This document shows, piece by piece, positions 50,283 to 64,000 of a stretch of DNA of 64,000 bases. This DNA comes from Sphagnum compactum (lineage: Eukaryota): assembly GCA_965153455.1 (NCBI GenBank), contig OZ234493.1, positions 35,702,213 to 35,766,212 on the forward strand. Direction: 5' to 3'. A program made the translations under genes and the position numbers. The notes beneath the pieces are model-generated. The model saw only the letters and a program-made list of their open reading frames with translations. It searched no databases and had not been told where the DNA came from. Numbering within the stretch: the stretch's first letter is position 1; each line of letters starts with the position of its first letter.

Positions 50283-53200
50283 CTACTCGCCCACTGTCAT
50301 TCCAAATCCAAACTTGTAGTCCTTCTTCCAATGATCAATCTGTCAACAGAAAAAATTAACACTTAGTAAAATGAAGCAAAGACTTAAAAAAGGAACACAA
50401 TTGGGAGAAAGCATACAACATTAGATGGAAAACCTCTCTAGGCAAGGCCCCTCTGAACTTTCACTGCATGCACCAAGACCTTTTGCAGTTCAGAAGTGAT
50501 CACAAAACAAATCAATATAGTGAAGGAACCTAAGTATACAAGGCAAGCAGCCAGACTACAACAACACCTGCACCAGGTCTCAGGACCATAAAATGGAGCT
50601 GTTTCCTTGACCAAGTCATGGCATTTGTACATACTGGGTAAAGTCTACATGCAAATGTGGTTTTCTGCATCCATTACTCTGTATCAATAAACTGGAATGT
50701 TTGCAAAAAGTTGATTCCTAAGTTCATCACCTCATTGGAAGAAGAGTCTCAACTCATATAGGTAACAACAGAAACAGCATGTCAGAAACAATGAATTCCT
50801 CAAAGAATATAGATTTCACCCTGTTATACTCAGGTATCTCAGGTATTATTTCAAGTGAAAGACAGCTCAAGTGCACTTTGCTATTGATGCCCTCTAGCAC
50901 TTAGCAATTCATGTACGTACTACTTCTGGGACCAGACATCTACCCTAGCAAGAGTGTGAAAGTGAGGATGAGCATGTAAGGTACCTCTGCAGACAGCAAA
51001 AAGTTGACTCCAAGGTTGAGCCTCTCTTCCAGAAAAGCTGCCACGGAACCATTTGTATCCAGTCTACCTCTTAAACGGCACTGCACAAATGCAAAGCAAA
51101 CAATGCATTCTTTAACTCTCTAACAAGGAGATACCAGAGCTCTTGTAAATTGCCACTGAAATTTTTGGTGGTGGAACTAGAAACAATCTCTCATGCAAAG
51201 TTCAGCATCTGTCCCTAGAACTTTGGAGGGGCATACATATATGACCTGAGCTCAGGCCTACTTAACAAAGAACCAGTTCAAGCTAGATGAAGAGATCATA
51301 GGACTCAAACTTGGGTAGTGCCACCTTCTGGGAGTAAGGTCCCTCTAGATAGGCTACCACATTTCCAAGCTAATCAGTAGGCACATCAGTGAAGTTCAAC
51401 TAGTTATGTAGACCTGAACATATATCCAACTAGAGCTTCAAGAGAAGCACCATTGAATGGACATATAACTACATTCCAGACCTACCTGGCGAAGGAGGTA
51501 GTCATAGCCAACAGTTGTAGTTGCCTCCTTGGTGTTCCAATTGTATAGAAAGTCTGATGCCAATGATACCTGGTGCAAAAGTCATCAATCAGCTTCTATG
51601 ACAGAGGGACTCACAGAGAGTGGCATGACACCAGATCAAAGCAATCCAACCACCCATGTCCCTTCCTGTCTTGCTCTCCAGAGTCAACGCTTTCAGTAGC
51701 TACAAACTATTTGCATGTACACCAATCCAAAAGACTCAAAGAACTTCATCACCATTTTGAGCCAGACTGAGCTGCAGAATGCAGGCACAAGGAAACAACC
51801 AAGCAATGAAGAAATAGAGAAGTTACCTTGTCTGATACCCTTTGCACATAGGTTAAAGACAAAATGCCAGTGCTTGCAAATTGTGCTGTTGCTATCTGCA
51901 TATACAGCATGATTCAGAATGCAGACACTGAAGAAAAATGACTGGATCTAGGGATTTTTGCAGAAGTGATCAATCAGGATCAAACCTTGTCTCTAAAATA
52001 GACATGAAAATTCCACAACCATTGAGCAAGTGTGAACAGGTAAAAACATTTTGGCAAGAATTGGGAAAGATCAAGGACAGGAATTGCAGGGTTTGCAGGA
52101 GGCATATCCACACCGCTTTATCAGTATTGTATCGGCCAGCAAAACCAATGCCTGACTTCCGCTGCTGACCCAGCCAGAAAACTTCTCCTCCCAAAGCCAG
52201 TGTTGGTGTTACACTCTGTACTGCCCACCACATTCTCCTTGTTACTGTTCCCACTGGTCAACCTATTCTCAACAGCAGTTTGCCTCCACCTTCTAAGATC
52301 AATTAACAAAAAATACCAGACAAACTTGAGTAGCCTGTCATGTGCCAGTGACCCAATAGTAACGAGCATCTCCTACAACTAGTGTTGAAAAATATTCTCT
52401 TGCACATTTGGTACCACATGCAAAAGCAATCTATGTGGCTGAGGCAAAACCCAGGAGGTTGACAGAAAGGTTGCTGGCTAAGAACCTGGATGTAATTAAA
52501 CCCATAGAAAGCATTGTTGCCCAATTGCAACTGGGCCTGATAATCGCCCCCCTGTTCAAGTTCCAGAGCAAGACATCCAATCCCCAGACTTAGCAATTCC
52601 AGGCACAACAATACATTGCAATCCTCTGAAGTTGATAACTGCCAGCTCCTGGCTTTGATGACTTCAGTCAAGCTAGTTATCAGTACAACCTACTTTCCAT
52701 CCACAGGAGAATGAAATAAAAGGATCAAGAACACCAAATTTTGGTCACTGACATGCCCCAATAAGATCATGCAAGAAAGGAAAAATGGACAGAGATCACC
52801 TACCCTATAGTCAAAATGGAACATCCCTTGTGAAAAGTGAGGCTCATTTGTAATCTGTCTCCCAAAAACCATCATCACAACATAAGCCATGAATGTAAGA
52901 CTGTAACTTCATGTCATCACTTATAGCAACTGCAACCCAAAAAACAACTCATGGGAATCAATTAACATGGGAATAAAAAGGGTGCTTGGTTATATAACCT
53001 ACAGGCTTTGCAAACCTACTTGAGCATTCGCTTTGATGGAGAAACGATCAGTAACATCATACTTGATCCGGGCACTCATACGACCATCTGTCAAGATACG
53101 TCCGATGAGCATTGTCATCTGCACACCCACTCACGATCTTAAGATCTTCCATAATTGAAAACCACATAGTGGACCTAGACTTGGAACATTCAATGAAATG

Positions 53201-55431
53201 TTCAAGATGCATTTGTCTTAAGATAGCCAACCTGTCACAACAGAACCTGCCTCAATCCCATCAGTACAGTCACAAGACATTGAGCTTGAAAAAACTGAGC
53301 CTAACCCACCAATCTCTTTTGCAACATCTGTTCCATGTTACTTTACTTCAGTCACCACACCTTGAACCCTTCATACCAAAGAATCCTATGGGCAAAGTCA
53401 ATCTGGTCGATGAAGAGCACTTGTGAATGAAAGGAGAAAGATATAAACAGAGAGCCCAGAGAAGACAAGAATAAGTATATACAACAGGAGGGAGAGTAGA
53501 AGAATAGAAGATAAACCCGTTGGTCTATAAGGTTTGCTCCAAACTCATAATGAGCAGCTGGAACCTTGATGATTTGGGCTCCCTGAGATGGCACCTCCAC
53601 AGAACCCATGAACAAACTGCACAGATACAATCTCCAAGCATCATACACTATCCTGCTTCATGTACTCACACACATGCTCAGTACAAATACCTGTAGCCAC
53701 AGAATGCTCTACTACAATCACAACTTCCTGATTGTTAAGCCCATGAGTGACACTGTACGAAATCCATCAGTGAACACATTCAGAAACTACTTAACTCCTG
53801 GATCACACTATGACCACTTTACAACAGGGTACAGCAGAATGACTATCCCACTGTCCTAATGAGTGATGCACTAACATGCCAGCAAGTAATCTGTTGGTAT
53901 TTGTTGCAAAAGACACCTCCATCCAAGCACTATGATACAGAGATGTATACAATACAAGAGAAAATAAGGCAACAGATATATAATTGGAAAAGCGAACCTC
54001 CACACCTGTGGCTTAATGAAAACCTTTGATTGAGAGGCTTGGTGAAGTCAAATCGCAGGCCTTCAAAAAGCTCTGGTTTCAGAGACACTTCCCACATCAC
54101 AAGAAAAATGTCAGCCCTTCTATTTGTGTCAACAGCACTCTTCTCTGAAACAATGTTCTGCTTTCTGAGAGAAAAGATAGAACCAATTAATAAACACTGT
54201 AATATTTCTTACTGGTCTGTGCACAAAACAGCCCATACAAAATGAGTTTTACATCTGCATCCTAAACCCTAATTTCCATTAGTTTGATCAGCTGCAGATC
54301 TAGTGGATTGTGATCACACGTTGCATTACAACACAACCAACACACTGCTCTTATGTCTGGACAAAATCCCTTCTCAAAGTAGGGATTTCGAAAAAGACAT
54401 ACAAGAACTCGACTTCACTGTCACCTGCTGACTCACAAGTGACTTGATTCTTAAACCCTAAAAAGAATATTGCTAATATCTGTCATTGAATGTGGAGATC
54501 CAAGGAAAGTAGCCAGTTTCACACTGAAATTGGGCATGGAAAAGCTCAATCCCCTCATACTACACCTGGACATTCATGTGCATTCAAGGGCATTGTGTTG
54601 ACTCAATCTAGACTCTCTGAGGGTTTAAGGCGAGTTATAACAATGATGTCAGTCAACACAAGATCCTATTCCAAATTCTTTTTCATGGGATGAAAGCTTG
54701 GAATGTTCCTAGTAGGCTACGTAATACAGTATCAAGGACACACAGATGGCCAACTTGCGAGAGGAATCTAGTGAGTGACTCCTGCACAGGTCCACACCAG
54801 ACGAGCAAAAGGTTTTACTTCACTTAATACACACATGAAGAAGTAGTCTCAGACAATCTACAATTTCAGCAAACCTTGGATTTAAAGACTAGAGAGGGTG
54901 CATGCAGGTGAGCAGCATTCTTGTGAAAATGTTTCAAGGACGTGGATGGTCTGGTGTGCTCAGTTCCACGAACTCCTAAGGAACAAATGTGTAACCTTGG
55001 GGCTATGATCAATGCATACAAAAGGAATACATACACTTCCTTGCCGAAAATTGTTCCCTTCGTCATAAAAGGTTCCCTCATTTTCGGCAATGTGCCAGAC
55101 ATGAAACGCCATCTCATTCGAGGGTTAAGCTCACGCATGCAACTGGAGCTTACCAAAGAAAAAAAACACGCGCGCTCACACGCACCCACAACACTCATCT
55201 TCAAATCAGGCCATGCCGCTCTCCCTTGCATGCCACCAGAGGAAGGGGAGGAAAGGAGGGGGAGAGGAATCGGATCTTACTGATATTTTCACGTTGAATC
55301 TCCTCATACTTCACGGGGCACGGCAAGTTGAGCCAGTCAACAGAATCCACACCCTTGTTGTCCCTCTCCTCCTTCGCGTCCGCCGTCGAGGGCTGGAGCG
55401 CCGCTGCAGCGTAACTCACAGCTCCCCCCAT
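50283..55431 (-). CDS. TOM40: Mitochondrial import channel TOM40, 11 exons (first 55431-55281, second 54087-54006, last about 50339-50283)
   Basis: Exons encode [131 protein letters not shown] and [17 protein letters not shown]. Confidence 0.97.
51210..51366 (-). mobile_element. Possible tRNA-derived SINE in a TOM40 intron
   Basis: A-box-like TAGCCTATCTAG (51356-51345) and B-box-like GTTTGAGTCC (51310-51301) are 34 bp apart. No TSD was confirmed. Confidence 0.35.
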
Positions 55432-55910
55432 AACCCCAATATTTATTTGACAAAAAACCCCCGGAGAACGCGAGGAGGAGGATCACTACCCACCCCCACC
55501 TGCGCCTGCACGAAACTAATGAGTGCCGGCCAAAAGCAGTAGACTACAGGGGTGGCACCGGAGCACAAATCGACAAAGATGCAGCTGCGGTAGTTGGAGG
55601 GCAAGAAAGAAAAAGGAAAAACAGAACCAAAAGGCAAAGCGCGAGGGCAGTGGAGCCAGCAGCAAGCAGGCTCTCACACCATCGCACTCCACAACAGGGG
55701 AGGCAGCGTCGTCGTCGTGGTCGTGTGGTAGGCTTCGTTGGATGGAAAGAAAAGGGAAGCAATTTTAGGGTATAGAACAGGTACAGGGAACTTTTAGGGT
55801 ATACGTAGTTATACGAAGAAATACGTACCCAGGTACGTAAGTAGGCAGTCGAAAATACGGACCCGGAAGGGATTCTTTGTCTCAAGTACAATACCTATAC
55901 ACCTATACCT

Positions 55911-56368
55911 AGGGGCCTGTTCCACCTAAGAACAACCCCAAGCCCGGTTGGGACCAACGTGATTCCGCTAAGTGGTAACAGGCTCTACCAAGAGGCTTGT
56001 TCCAGTGCCAATGTCACATTGCGTTCAGTAGTAACAGGCTCGTGTTCCGCCCAGTTGATGCGTATCATAAGTGGAACATTATGAACGTGGAACCAGCAAG
56101 TGGTCCCTGTTGTTGATTCCGACCATAAGTGGAACTGGGAGAACAAAAAATGTGGATCTAGCTAAGCACATTGTCCCCAGGTTGTATCATAAGTGGAACT
56201 GGCTGTATTAGAAGGTGGAACCAACATGTCTTCCCCACTCTTGATGAGTAGAACTGGCAGAGTTATATGGTGGAACCAGCACATGTTGCCCACTTAGTGG
56301 ATCGTATCGGAAGTGGAACTGGCAGAATTTTAAGTGGAACCAGCAGAATGGCTACCGCTCCCCACCTC
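55911..56368. repeat. MITE-like element with reiterated (A)GTGGAAC motifs, upstream of TOM40
   Basis: About ten AAGTGGAAC/GTGGAACC motifs on the right side and inverted GTTCC(A/G)C motifs on the left. Confidence 0.55.
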
Positions 56369-57933
56369 GGAAAAAGCCTAACAAAGTACCTGCTGAATAC
56401 GACACCATAACCAGCTTTAGGGGCCATCTTGATGACGTGTCTTTTTCTCATTGGATGTCCACACTGGAGTTTAAATTTTCTGTATCCAATGGGAGTTTCT
56501 TCTTTACTATACTACCATAGTACCTGAATAATTTCGGCAACAAATTGTCAAATAATTAATTTAAATTTAAATCTTAACTTTGGCATTTGGTTTTTTTTAT
56601 TTTGAAATTGTTGACAAGTATTTCTTATATAAAATAATAAACAAATTTTCTTCAAGGTTATGGAATAATGTAGTGTGTTTAAACTATCCCAGTCTTAAGT
56701 CTCTGCACTTGAATTATTTGAAAAATAATTTAATTTATGCCAAATTTGTTTAGTTACTATGGTAGATGAGGTCTACCAGTTTGCATATCATGCACCATTC
56801 TTGTAAATTGAAGATAATGTTTTCCAACATTTTTTGATGTTAAAACGAATCATTTTGAAATTATTCGTTGAATTATTGCAAACCTTCAAATTTTTCTTTC
56901 ACTAATGTTATTGTATGAATGTTTGCATGATATTAGTTATTTTCAATCTGTTATGTTAATTTTTTCTAATGTTAGTTTTCCACACATGATGTGGTAGTGA
57001 TGACATTTGATGTGTTTGCTTCAAACATGAAAGATTGGATTTTTATCCATTTTGATGTTGCTCACATTGTTGGATAAAATTATGATCAATCTTAATTTTG
57101 CATGTTTAATTTCCCTTAAGAGTTTCCTTACTTAAATGACCTCCTAAAAACCTTCCATTAGTGTACGATATTATATCTCAATTGAAAACAAAGCCATCAA
57201 AAATGGTCTTTTCCCACACCATGACACTAATGAGTTTCCAATTTTGACAATATCATTAGTAAAAACATTTTTAAGAAAAGATATCCTCATTCTCCTTTTC
57301 AGCACCCTCAAGAAGATTCTCGACTACTATTGACACTTCCGATAAAAAAACCTTTCTCTCTTTAAGACCTTCAAAAACATAGACCTCATCATTATAATCA
57401 TCACCTTGACATGAAGAAAAATTCCCCCAACTGTTGCCTTTAAAGGCTGCAAATGGTGGCTTCTTCGGCTTCTTCATCTGCCCCTAATGGTTGTCAAAAG
57501 CATACAAAGACCAATTAATGCAATAAATTTTCCTCTTTGCCAACCAGCCCTTCAAAAAAATGCCAAAATAATCACCATTAGAAGGTGGATGAACATAAAT
57601 TGTCTCATACAATTTTAGTATTCCCTCACAATCTTCTGCATTCAGTAAATCACATGGTTTGACCTTGCAACCATTAAGGGATGATCTCTTCCCAAAAAAT
57701 GTCACAAGTTCATCTTCTGAAACAATGTCTGTTGATATGTCACCATGAGCATCTAATCTAGAGGCATTTAAAGAAAGCTTCTTTCCAAAGTCATGCACAT
57801 TCCAATGTGTATGACCAAAAGCATGGCTCATCCTCTCCATCTTCCTTTTCTCTTTCTTGGAAACATGATCCTTTGATTTCACTATTAGTAATCAAACATT
57901 TGATAAAACTTTGGGCACCATTTGAGATTGCTA

Positions 57934-60484
57934 CACTAGTAGAAAGTGGCCAAAATGTAACCACTCTATTTGCAACTACATGCAACTATTACTTATTTGC
58001 AACTACATTTGGACATTTTTGCAACTATTTCTTGTGTTGGTCATATTTGCGATTACATTGCACCTAATTTGCAACTATTTTGGTGTTCATCCTTCCATGT
58101 GAACAACATTTAGTTTGGTTTTCATCCAAGAAAAACAATTTATGTCCCATTAGTTGCAAATGTGACCAATTTAGTTGTAACCCTATGAGTATACAAAGGT
58201 GTATTTTATGAATTCTCAAGAATATGGTTGGGTGCATTAAAATTTATAAATGTATATTTTGAATGTATATGAACAACCATATTACATGTGTATTCAAGTA
58301 ATAATATTAACATAAATGGCTTCAATATTATGGTTACACTAATTAGTGTGTATTTTGAGTATATTAAAATTTTATGTAAAATATTTACTAAATATATTGT
58401 GCCCATATTACAAGTTTATCCAAACCATCTTATTATACTTCTTAAAATTATTACAAATGACATTATTATTATTGTTATTATTATTATTATATTTTTATAT
58501 TAATTACATGTAATAAAAAATTAAATTTCAATATTATCTTCATTAATTTTTTTTAAATAGTAATAATGTGTTACGTAATGATGATGATGATATTAGAATG
58601 ATAGGAAAATAGTTATATAATTACTGAAATAACTACTAGAAGTCCAATATATTATTTTATTATTATTATTATTATTTCAAATGACTAATATATTTATTAA
58701 AATTTTATTTTTTACTAAATAAAAATATTAATTAATTATAATAAATCATAATGGATCTAATAAGTGACATAATAATATATAATAAAAAATAACTAACCTA
58801 GGTTAGCTACAAATTACATTATTATTATTATTATTATAAGTAATCAATTATAAAGTATTACTATATTATAATAATTACCAAAAAATATTAATATATTTTC
58901 TTTTTCTTTTTTATTTCAAATTTTATAGTTAATATTTATTCATTATTCATTTATTCATTTATTCTCAGTTTTATTATTTTAAATAATTATCATAGTAATT
59001 AGAATGGAAATCTAATAAATTAATATACAAATGCAGAAATTATTTTCGAAGGAAAAATATACTTGTTACAAATTTGAAATATTTATTTTAATAATTCATA
59101 AATAGCTATAATGAATGAAGTAATAATATGAATAATAAAATATATATATATTCCTTGGCTACCAACTAGCTACAATAATAATTAAATTAATGTTATTGTT
59201 AATATCAAATATTTACATTTATATTTATTATGAACTATAAAAGTGAAAATAATAATGGGAATAACTATAATAAAACAGTTAACCTAAGCTAGGTTTTAAT
59301 TATATTATTAGATTAAAACAATAGTATTCAATTTTTATAATCATTAATTATTTATTAATAATTAGTTAATTATTTCAATATTAGCCAATTACTAGTTAAT
59401 GAAATTGGTTGATAGATCATTATAGTTCATATATAATTAAAACTAAATCTTATTATTGTTTATCTAGCTAATAAATTAAGTAATATTTAATAATAATAAT
59501 AATATAATTAATTCAGTAATCATAATGTATTGATGATTATTACTATAAATAATTAGTTAGTTGGATAGTTTATCAAGTGAATTAGTTAGTTTTTAGTTTA
59601 GTTGTTCATTAATTAATTACGAAGCTTATTAATTTATTTGTCTATATTTTATTCATTAAATAATTAGTAGTTTTATTAGTTAATTAATATATTAGTTAGC
59701 TAATTAATTAGTTAGTTAGTTGTCAAATGTTATCGTGAACAACTTGCAACTAAAAAGTTTATCCCATATGTTTTGGCTTTCATTCTCATTTGAAAAATAT
59801 ACAAACAAAGTGTTTTGTCTTTGCATTTTCATATTTAAAAACATGGACATATGGGATGAGCCAATGAAAATGACTTAACCCAAAATAAAATATAAATATT
59901 CATGTACTTACACCTAACTACCTACTTCCCTTACTTACCTACCTACTTTTCTACCTACCTACCTACCTAAGTAGGTATTTGGCCTAAATAGGTAAATAAA
60001 TCCTATCTAGATAAGTGTTTAGCCTAGATGGGTAGGTAGGTACCTAGTTCAACCTACATACCTAAATATTGATTTAAATTAAATTTGGACAAATTCAATT
60101 AATATGTTAAGTGACAAATTTATTTACACCATGTGTCACAATTGAAACCATCCAAACATAAAAATTAAACCTCTTAGATTATTTCAAAATAGTAATAAAA
60201 TATTTTTAATTACTAAGAGTTGGGACACGTGGCAAGACATAATTTGTTCCCATTGTTCAACAAAAAAGTCGCATCCTAGTTGCAAGTGACAATACGTGTA
60301 TGACAAAGCAAAGGATGAAAGTGTATTTGATTGATTTTTTCTTTCATCCAAAATTTGTTGCCGTTTGTGACTAGTGTCAATGCGACTTATCCAACGCAAC
60401 TATTAAGCTTTTAGTTGCAAATGTTGCTTACAACTAAAAATTAATTGTAGGGACCAATTGCAAAATGGCCATTTTTTACTTGTG
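57934..60484. mobile_element. Non-autonomous CACTA transposon with 3-bp TSD
   Basis: Left end CACTAGTAGAAAGTGGCCA, right end TGGCCATTTTTTACTTGTG. CTA is duplicated at 57931-57933 and 60485-60487. TTGCAACT subterminal repeats and a very AT-rich core. Confidence 0.85.
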
Positions 60485-61109
60485 CTAATTAAAATCTACA
60501 ACCTTCAGAAAAAAAACTACAAGCAATGGATTTTGCAACAACAAGTTCTATCACAAATGCCACAAGTTGTTTTCTAGCAAATAACATTTTCTAAGACCTT
60601 GCATTTGTTATAAAACATTAGTGCCAACCCCTAAACCCAACCCACTACATGATAGATTTTTACCTCAGTTCACCAAACTGCAGCTTACAAAAAATCCCAC
60701 CATAGCTAAAAGATTTGCAAGATCTCGCCTTCGTTCGCGACAACACATTAAACATGGCACTTTAAGTTCTGTTTATGGCCTCAAAATGCCATCACAAGTT
60801 GAGCTCAACTGTTGTTGCAACACAAAGAAAAGAAAATATTGATGTGCATTTTGCAACTCTACGTTCAACTTACTAAGTTGCATTTACGTTTCTAGCGACC
60901 TATCATTACTACAGTTAGGTTTTTAACTACCTATCATTGACATTCAAATTTAATATCACCTAATTATAAAATTCCTTGTCCAAAAACAACGCTCAAAACT
61001 ACTTTCTTCTACTTTTCAAAAACTACCAAAGTAGCAAGGATGTACAAAATACCTTGCTTTCACCCTACCATTTTAATTATCTTTTAATTTCTAAAAAAGT
61101 TATATTGAA

Positions 61110-61565
61110 TTGTTCATACTAAGTTCAAGGAGCTTGACAAAGCTCATAAACCAATTATTAAGTCTCCAAACTAAATGTTCATTTTCAAAATTCACAATCC
61201 TTTAATTGTTTCATGTAGACCTTCTCCTTGAAATCATAATTCAAGAAATTTGTTTTGACATCCATCTATAAAATTTCCCACCCACGATGTGTTACAATTT
61301 AACTATAATGATTTTAATTGTGCTCCATTTGATCACTAGTGCAAAGGATTCATGAAAATCTAAACCTTCCTTTTATTTGAACCCTCTAGCAAGTAATCTA
61401 GCCTTGTATTGTGACAGTTTGCCAACATAATCAATTTTCGCCTTATATACCCATGTAGTTGTTATTGGTTTTTTCCTTAACAACAATTCAATTATTTCCC
61501 ATGTCTAATTATGTGAGATGGAGTCCATTTCTTGAACCATTAGCATTTTCCACCTCTTATCTATG
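61110..61565 (-). mobile_element. Ty1/Copia reverse transcriptase relic
   Basis: WKMLMVQEMDSISHN*TWEIIEL...KPITTTWVYKAK...YKARLLARGFK*KEGLDFHESFALVIKWSTIK, with internal stops. Confidence 0.85.
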
Positions 61566-62664
61566 ATTGTTTTCCCTAAGAAGGAAAAAAAAAAAACATG
61601 TTTTGTCTTTTTTTTTGTTTTTCAGGTTCTTATTTGTTTTTTAAGATTCCAAAAATAGAAATCAATTTTTTTATTTCCTTTTTTTTATTTCTTAAAGATT
61701 CTAGAAGAAGATTTTTTCCAATTTTATTTTAATTTTTAAATGTTAGAACAAGAACATTTTTGTTTTTTAAAAAATCCCCTTGTTTTTAAATATTTTAGTT
61801 GTATGAAGAAAAAGTTTAGGGTATTAACATATTTTAGTTATAAGGTTTTTAAATCTTTTTTTTTGTGTGAGTGTGTAGGATTTGTGACAACATGGTTGGT
61901 GAGAAATGTTGCCATCTACATTGAGTTGGCGAGGGAAGTTCAAAAAGAAATATGGTCGTAGCTTAACATGTTGTTTCAACTCAAGCTAACCCACAAATGA
62001 GTGTTGGTTCTAATGATGTAGCTTAGTTAATATAATATATTTTTGTTGTGAATTTGAGTGTGCCTTCACACTAAATTGATGAATCCAAATCAATTAGTAG
62101 GCAAATGATGGTTAATGTGCATGAAGAAGAAATGATAATATAATTTTCATTTTAATTTATACATTTAATAGACCTTTTTGTGATGCATCATAGGATTTTT
62201 TTCCACTTATGTGGAATTTTTTTAAAAGTAGAATGTGAGCATTTGGGTTGAATCTTTCAACCTCATACTTGTGGTGTTCCTTCTTATAAGTTATGATGAA
62301 ATTTATAGGAATAAAACCAACCCCAACCTCACCTTTTATTGTTGCATTATAATTTCACATTTGCATTCCTAAAACTCAAAACATGCATTTAATTAATTTT
62401 GAACTTAATTCAACATTGTGAATGCAAGGAGGGTCACTTGGTGGTCACTGGATTTAAACAATTTTGAATAAAAATTGCAAATTTTTTGTCATTTTTTTTA
62501 TTTCCTCTAATTTTATGTGCTACATTTAGGTAAGCTTAAGAACTTGAGGTGTATATGTTAATGCCAACAACAATATAATCACATATATAACCCTCAATAT
62601 ACAATGTTGGTTTAATATAAATATTCAAAATTTGCAAAATGAAACCAAATATAGAATGAATGAC

Positions 62665-63251
62665 CTAAAACTTGCAACCTTAAAATATGGACATTTGAAA
62701 GCAATTTTCATATGTTTGATGGATTACTTGGTGGCCACTTGGTAGAAGGCTACAATTCATCAAAACATTAAGAGATAACACAATGTGGACTTAATAAAGA
62801 AGAGCACTAAAACTTACAACCTTAAAATTTAGACATTTGAAAGCAATTTTCATACATTTGATGGGATTATTTAGTGGCCACTTGGTGGAAGGCTGCAATT
62901 TATTAAAACATTAATTAAAAGATAACACAATGTGCATTTAGTAAAAAGAGAGGACCAAAACTTGTAACTTCAAATTTTGGACATTTGAAAACACTTTTCA
63001 CATGTTTGATGGGATTACCTAGTGGCCACTTTGTAAAACTTTTAAAAACTTCAATTCATCAAAACATTAAAAGATAACACATTGTGGAATGAGTAAAAGA
63101 AGAGGACTAAAACTTGCAACCTTAAAATATAAACATTTGAAAGCAATTTTCATACATTTGATGGGATTACCTGGTGGCCACTTGGTAGAAGGCTGCAATT
63201 TATTAAAACATTAAAAGATAATGCAATCTAGACTTAGTAAAAAGAGAGGAC
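62665..63251. repeat. Tandem repeat of about 146 bp, 4 diverged copies
   Basis: The unit CTAAAACTTGCAACCTTAAAAT...TGATGGGATTAC.TGGTGGCCACTTGG... starts near 62665, 62807, 62955 and 63107. Confidence 0.9.
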
Positions 63252-64000
63252 AACAAAGGCTGGTGTACACCAGGTCATAGTTATATATGAAATAAAATAA
63301 AATAGAATAATGAAAGACTATAAATTGGATTATTATCACATGACATAGATCCATGTTCATTTGAAATGTCAACATACTAAAAAAACATGAACAAATTCCA
63401 ATAACAACAATACTTTTTTTTGAATTAACCAATAATCAAATTATATTTAAAAAATGAATGAGTAAAGATCAAAATAATAATCACACACTAATAGTCTCAT
63501 TAATTACATCAAGGTTTAGTTTGGCCTTAGTTGCATGAATAACACTAATCATTATAATGCTATTGATTGTGACATTACTTTTTTTGCCCCCATGTTCAAT
63601 TTGACCAAAGTGCCATTTTGGATAAGTCAATTTGGACTCAACCATTTTGACTTTGTTTTTTTGGTTGATCTTTCTAATTGGGTTCTTTTGACTAAGTTTT
63701 TTTTCACTAAACCATCATGACAATAATATAAATTGGGCAACAACCATAAATATATATTATTTAAATTATCTTATTTAATATTAATATGAAAATATTTATT
63801 AATTAATTAATTACCCTACCTACCCTATTCTACCTTACCTTAACCTACCTACCTACTTAATAAACCTAATAATTAATGCCAAAATAATTTATTTATTTAC
63901 CTACCAACCTTATGTCCTAGGCCTAGGTTAGGCCACCTAGGCTAGGCCAAGCCACTTAGGTTAGGCCAAGCCCCCTAGGCTAAGTCAAGTAGCCTAGGCT

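Noticed and set aside
55911-56368. Repeat-spacer appearance suggesting a CRISPR array
   Set aside because: The repeats are short and degenerate, the context is eukaryotic, and there are no cas genes.

Overview
Eukaryotic, intron-containing, AT-rich plant genomic DNA. The repeat families and the PLS-type PPR motif suggest a bryophyte, probably Sphagnum (inference). Four apparently intact genes are present: a 3-exon plastid-type cis-prenyltransferase (minus), a single-exon divergent AP2/ERF (DREB-like) protein with a 24-aa N-terminal repeat array (minus), a 4-exon EFFECTOR OF TRANSCRIPTION/HRT-like GIY-YIG protein (plus) and an 11-exon TOM40 (minus). The first 5 kb is a mosaic of unrelated gene fragments (PPR, nitroreductase, POLD2, malectin-like receptor kinase). 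The 16-43 kb and 56-64 kb regions are nested transposon debris: hAT, CACTA, pogo/DDE-1, Copia, a solo LTR, MITEs and tandem arrays. The most notable candidate novelty is a 5'-truncated Penelope-like (Chlamys-type) retroelement relic between ET and TOM40, with a possible partial hammerhead ribozyme core at its 3' end. Identifications come from motif recognition and manual translation. No database searches were run.
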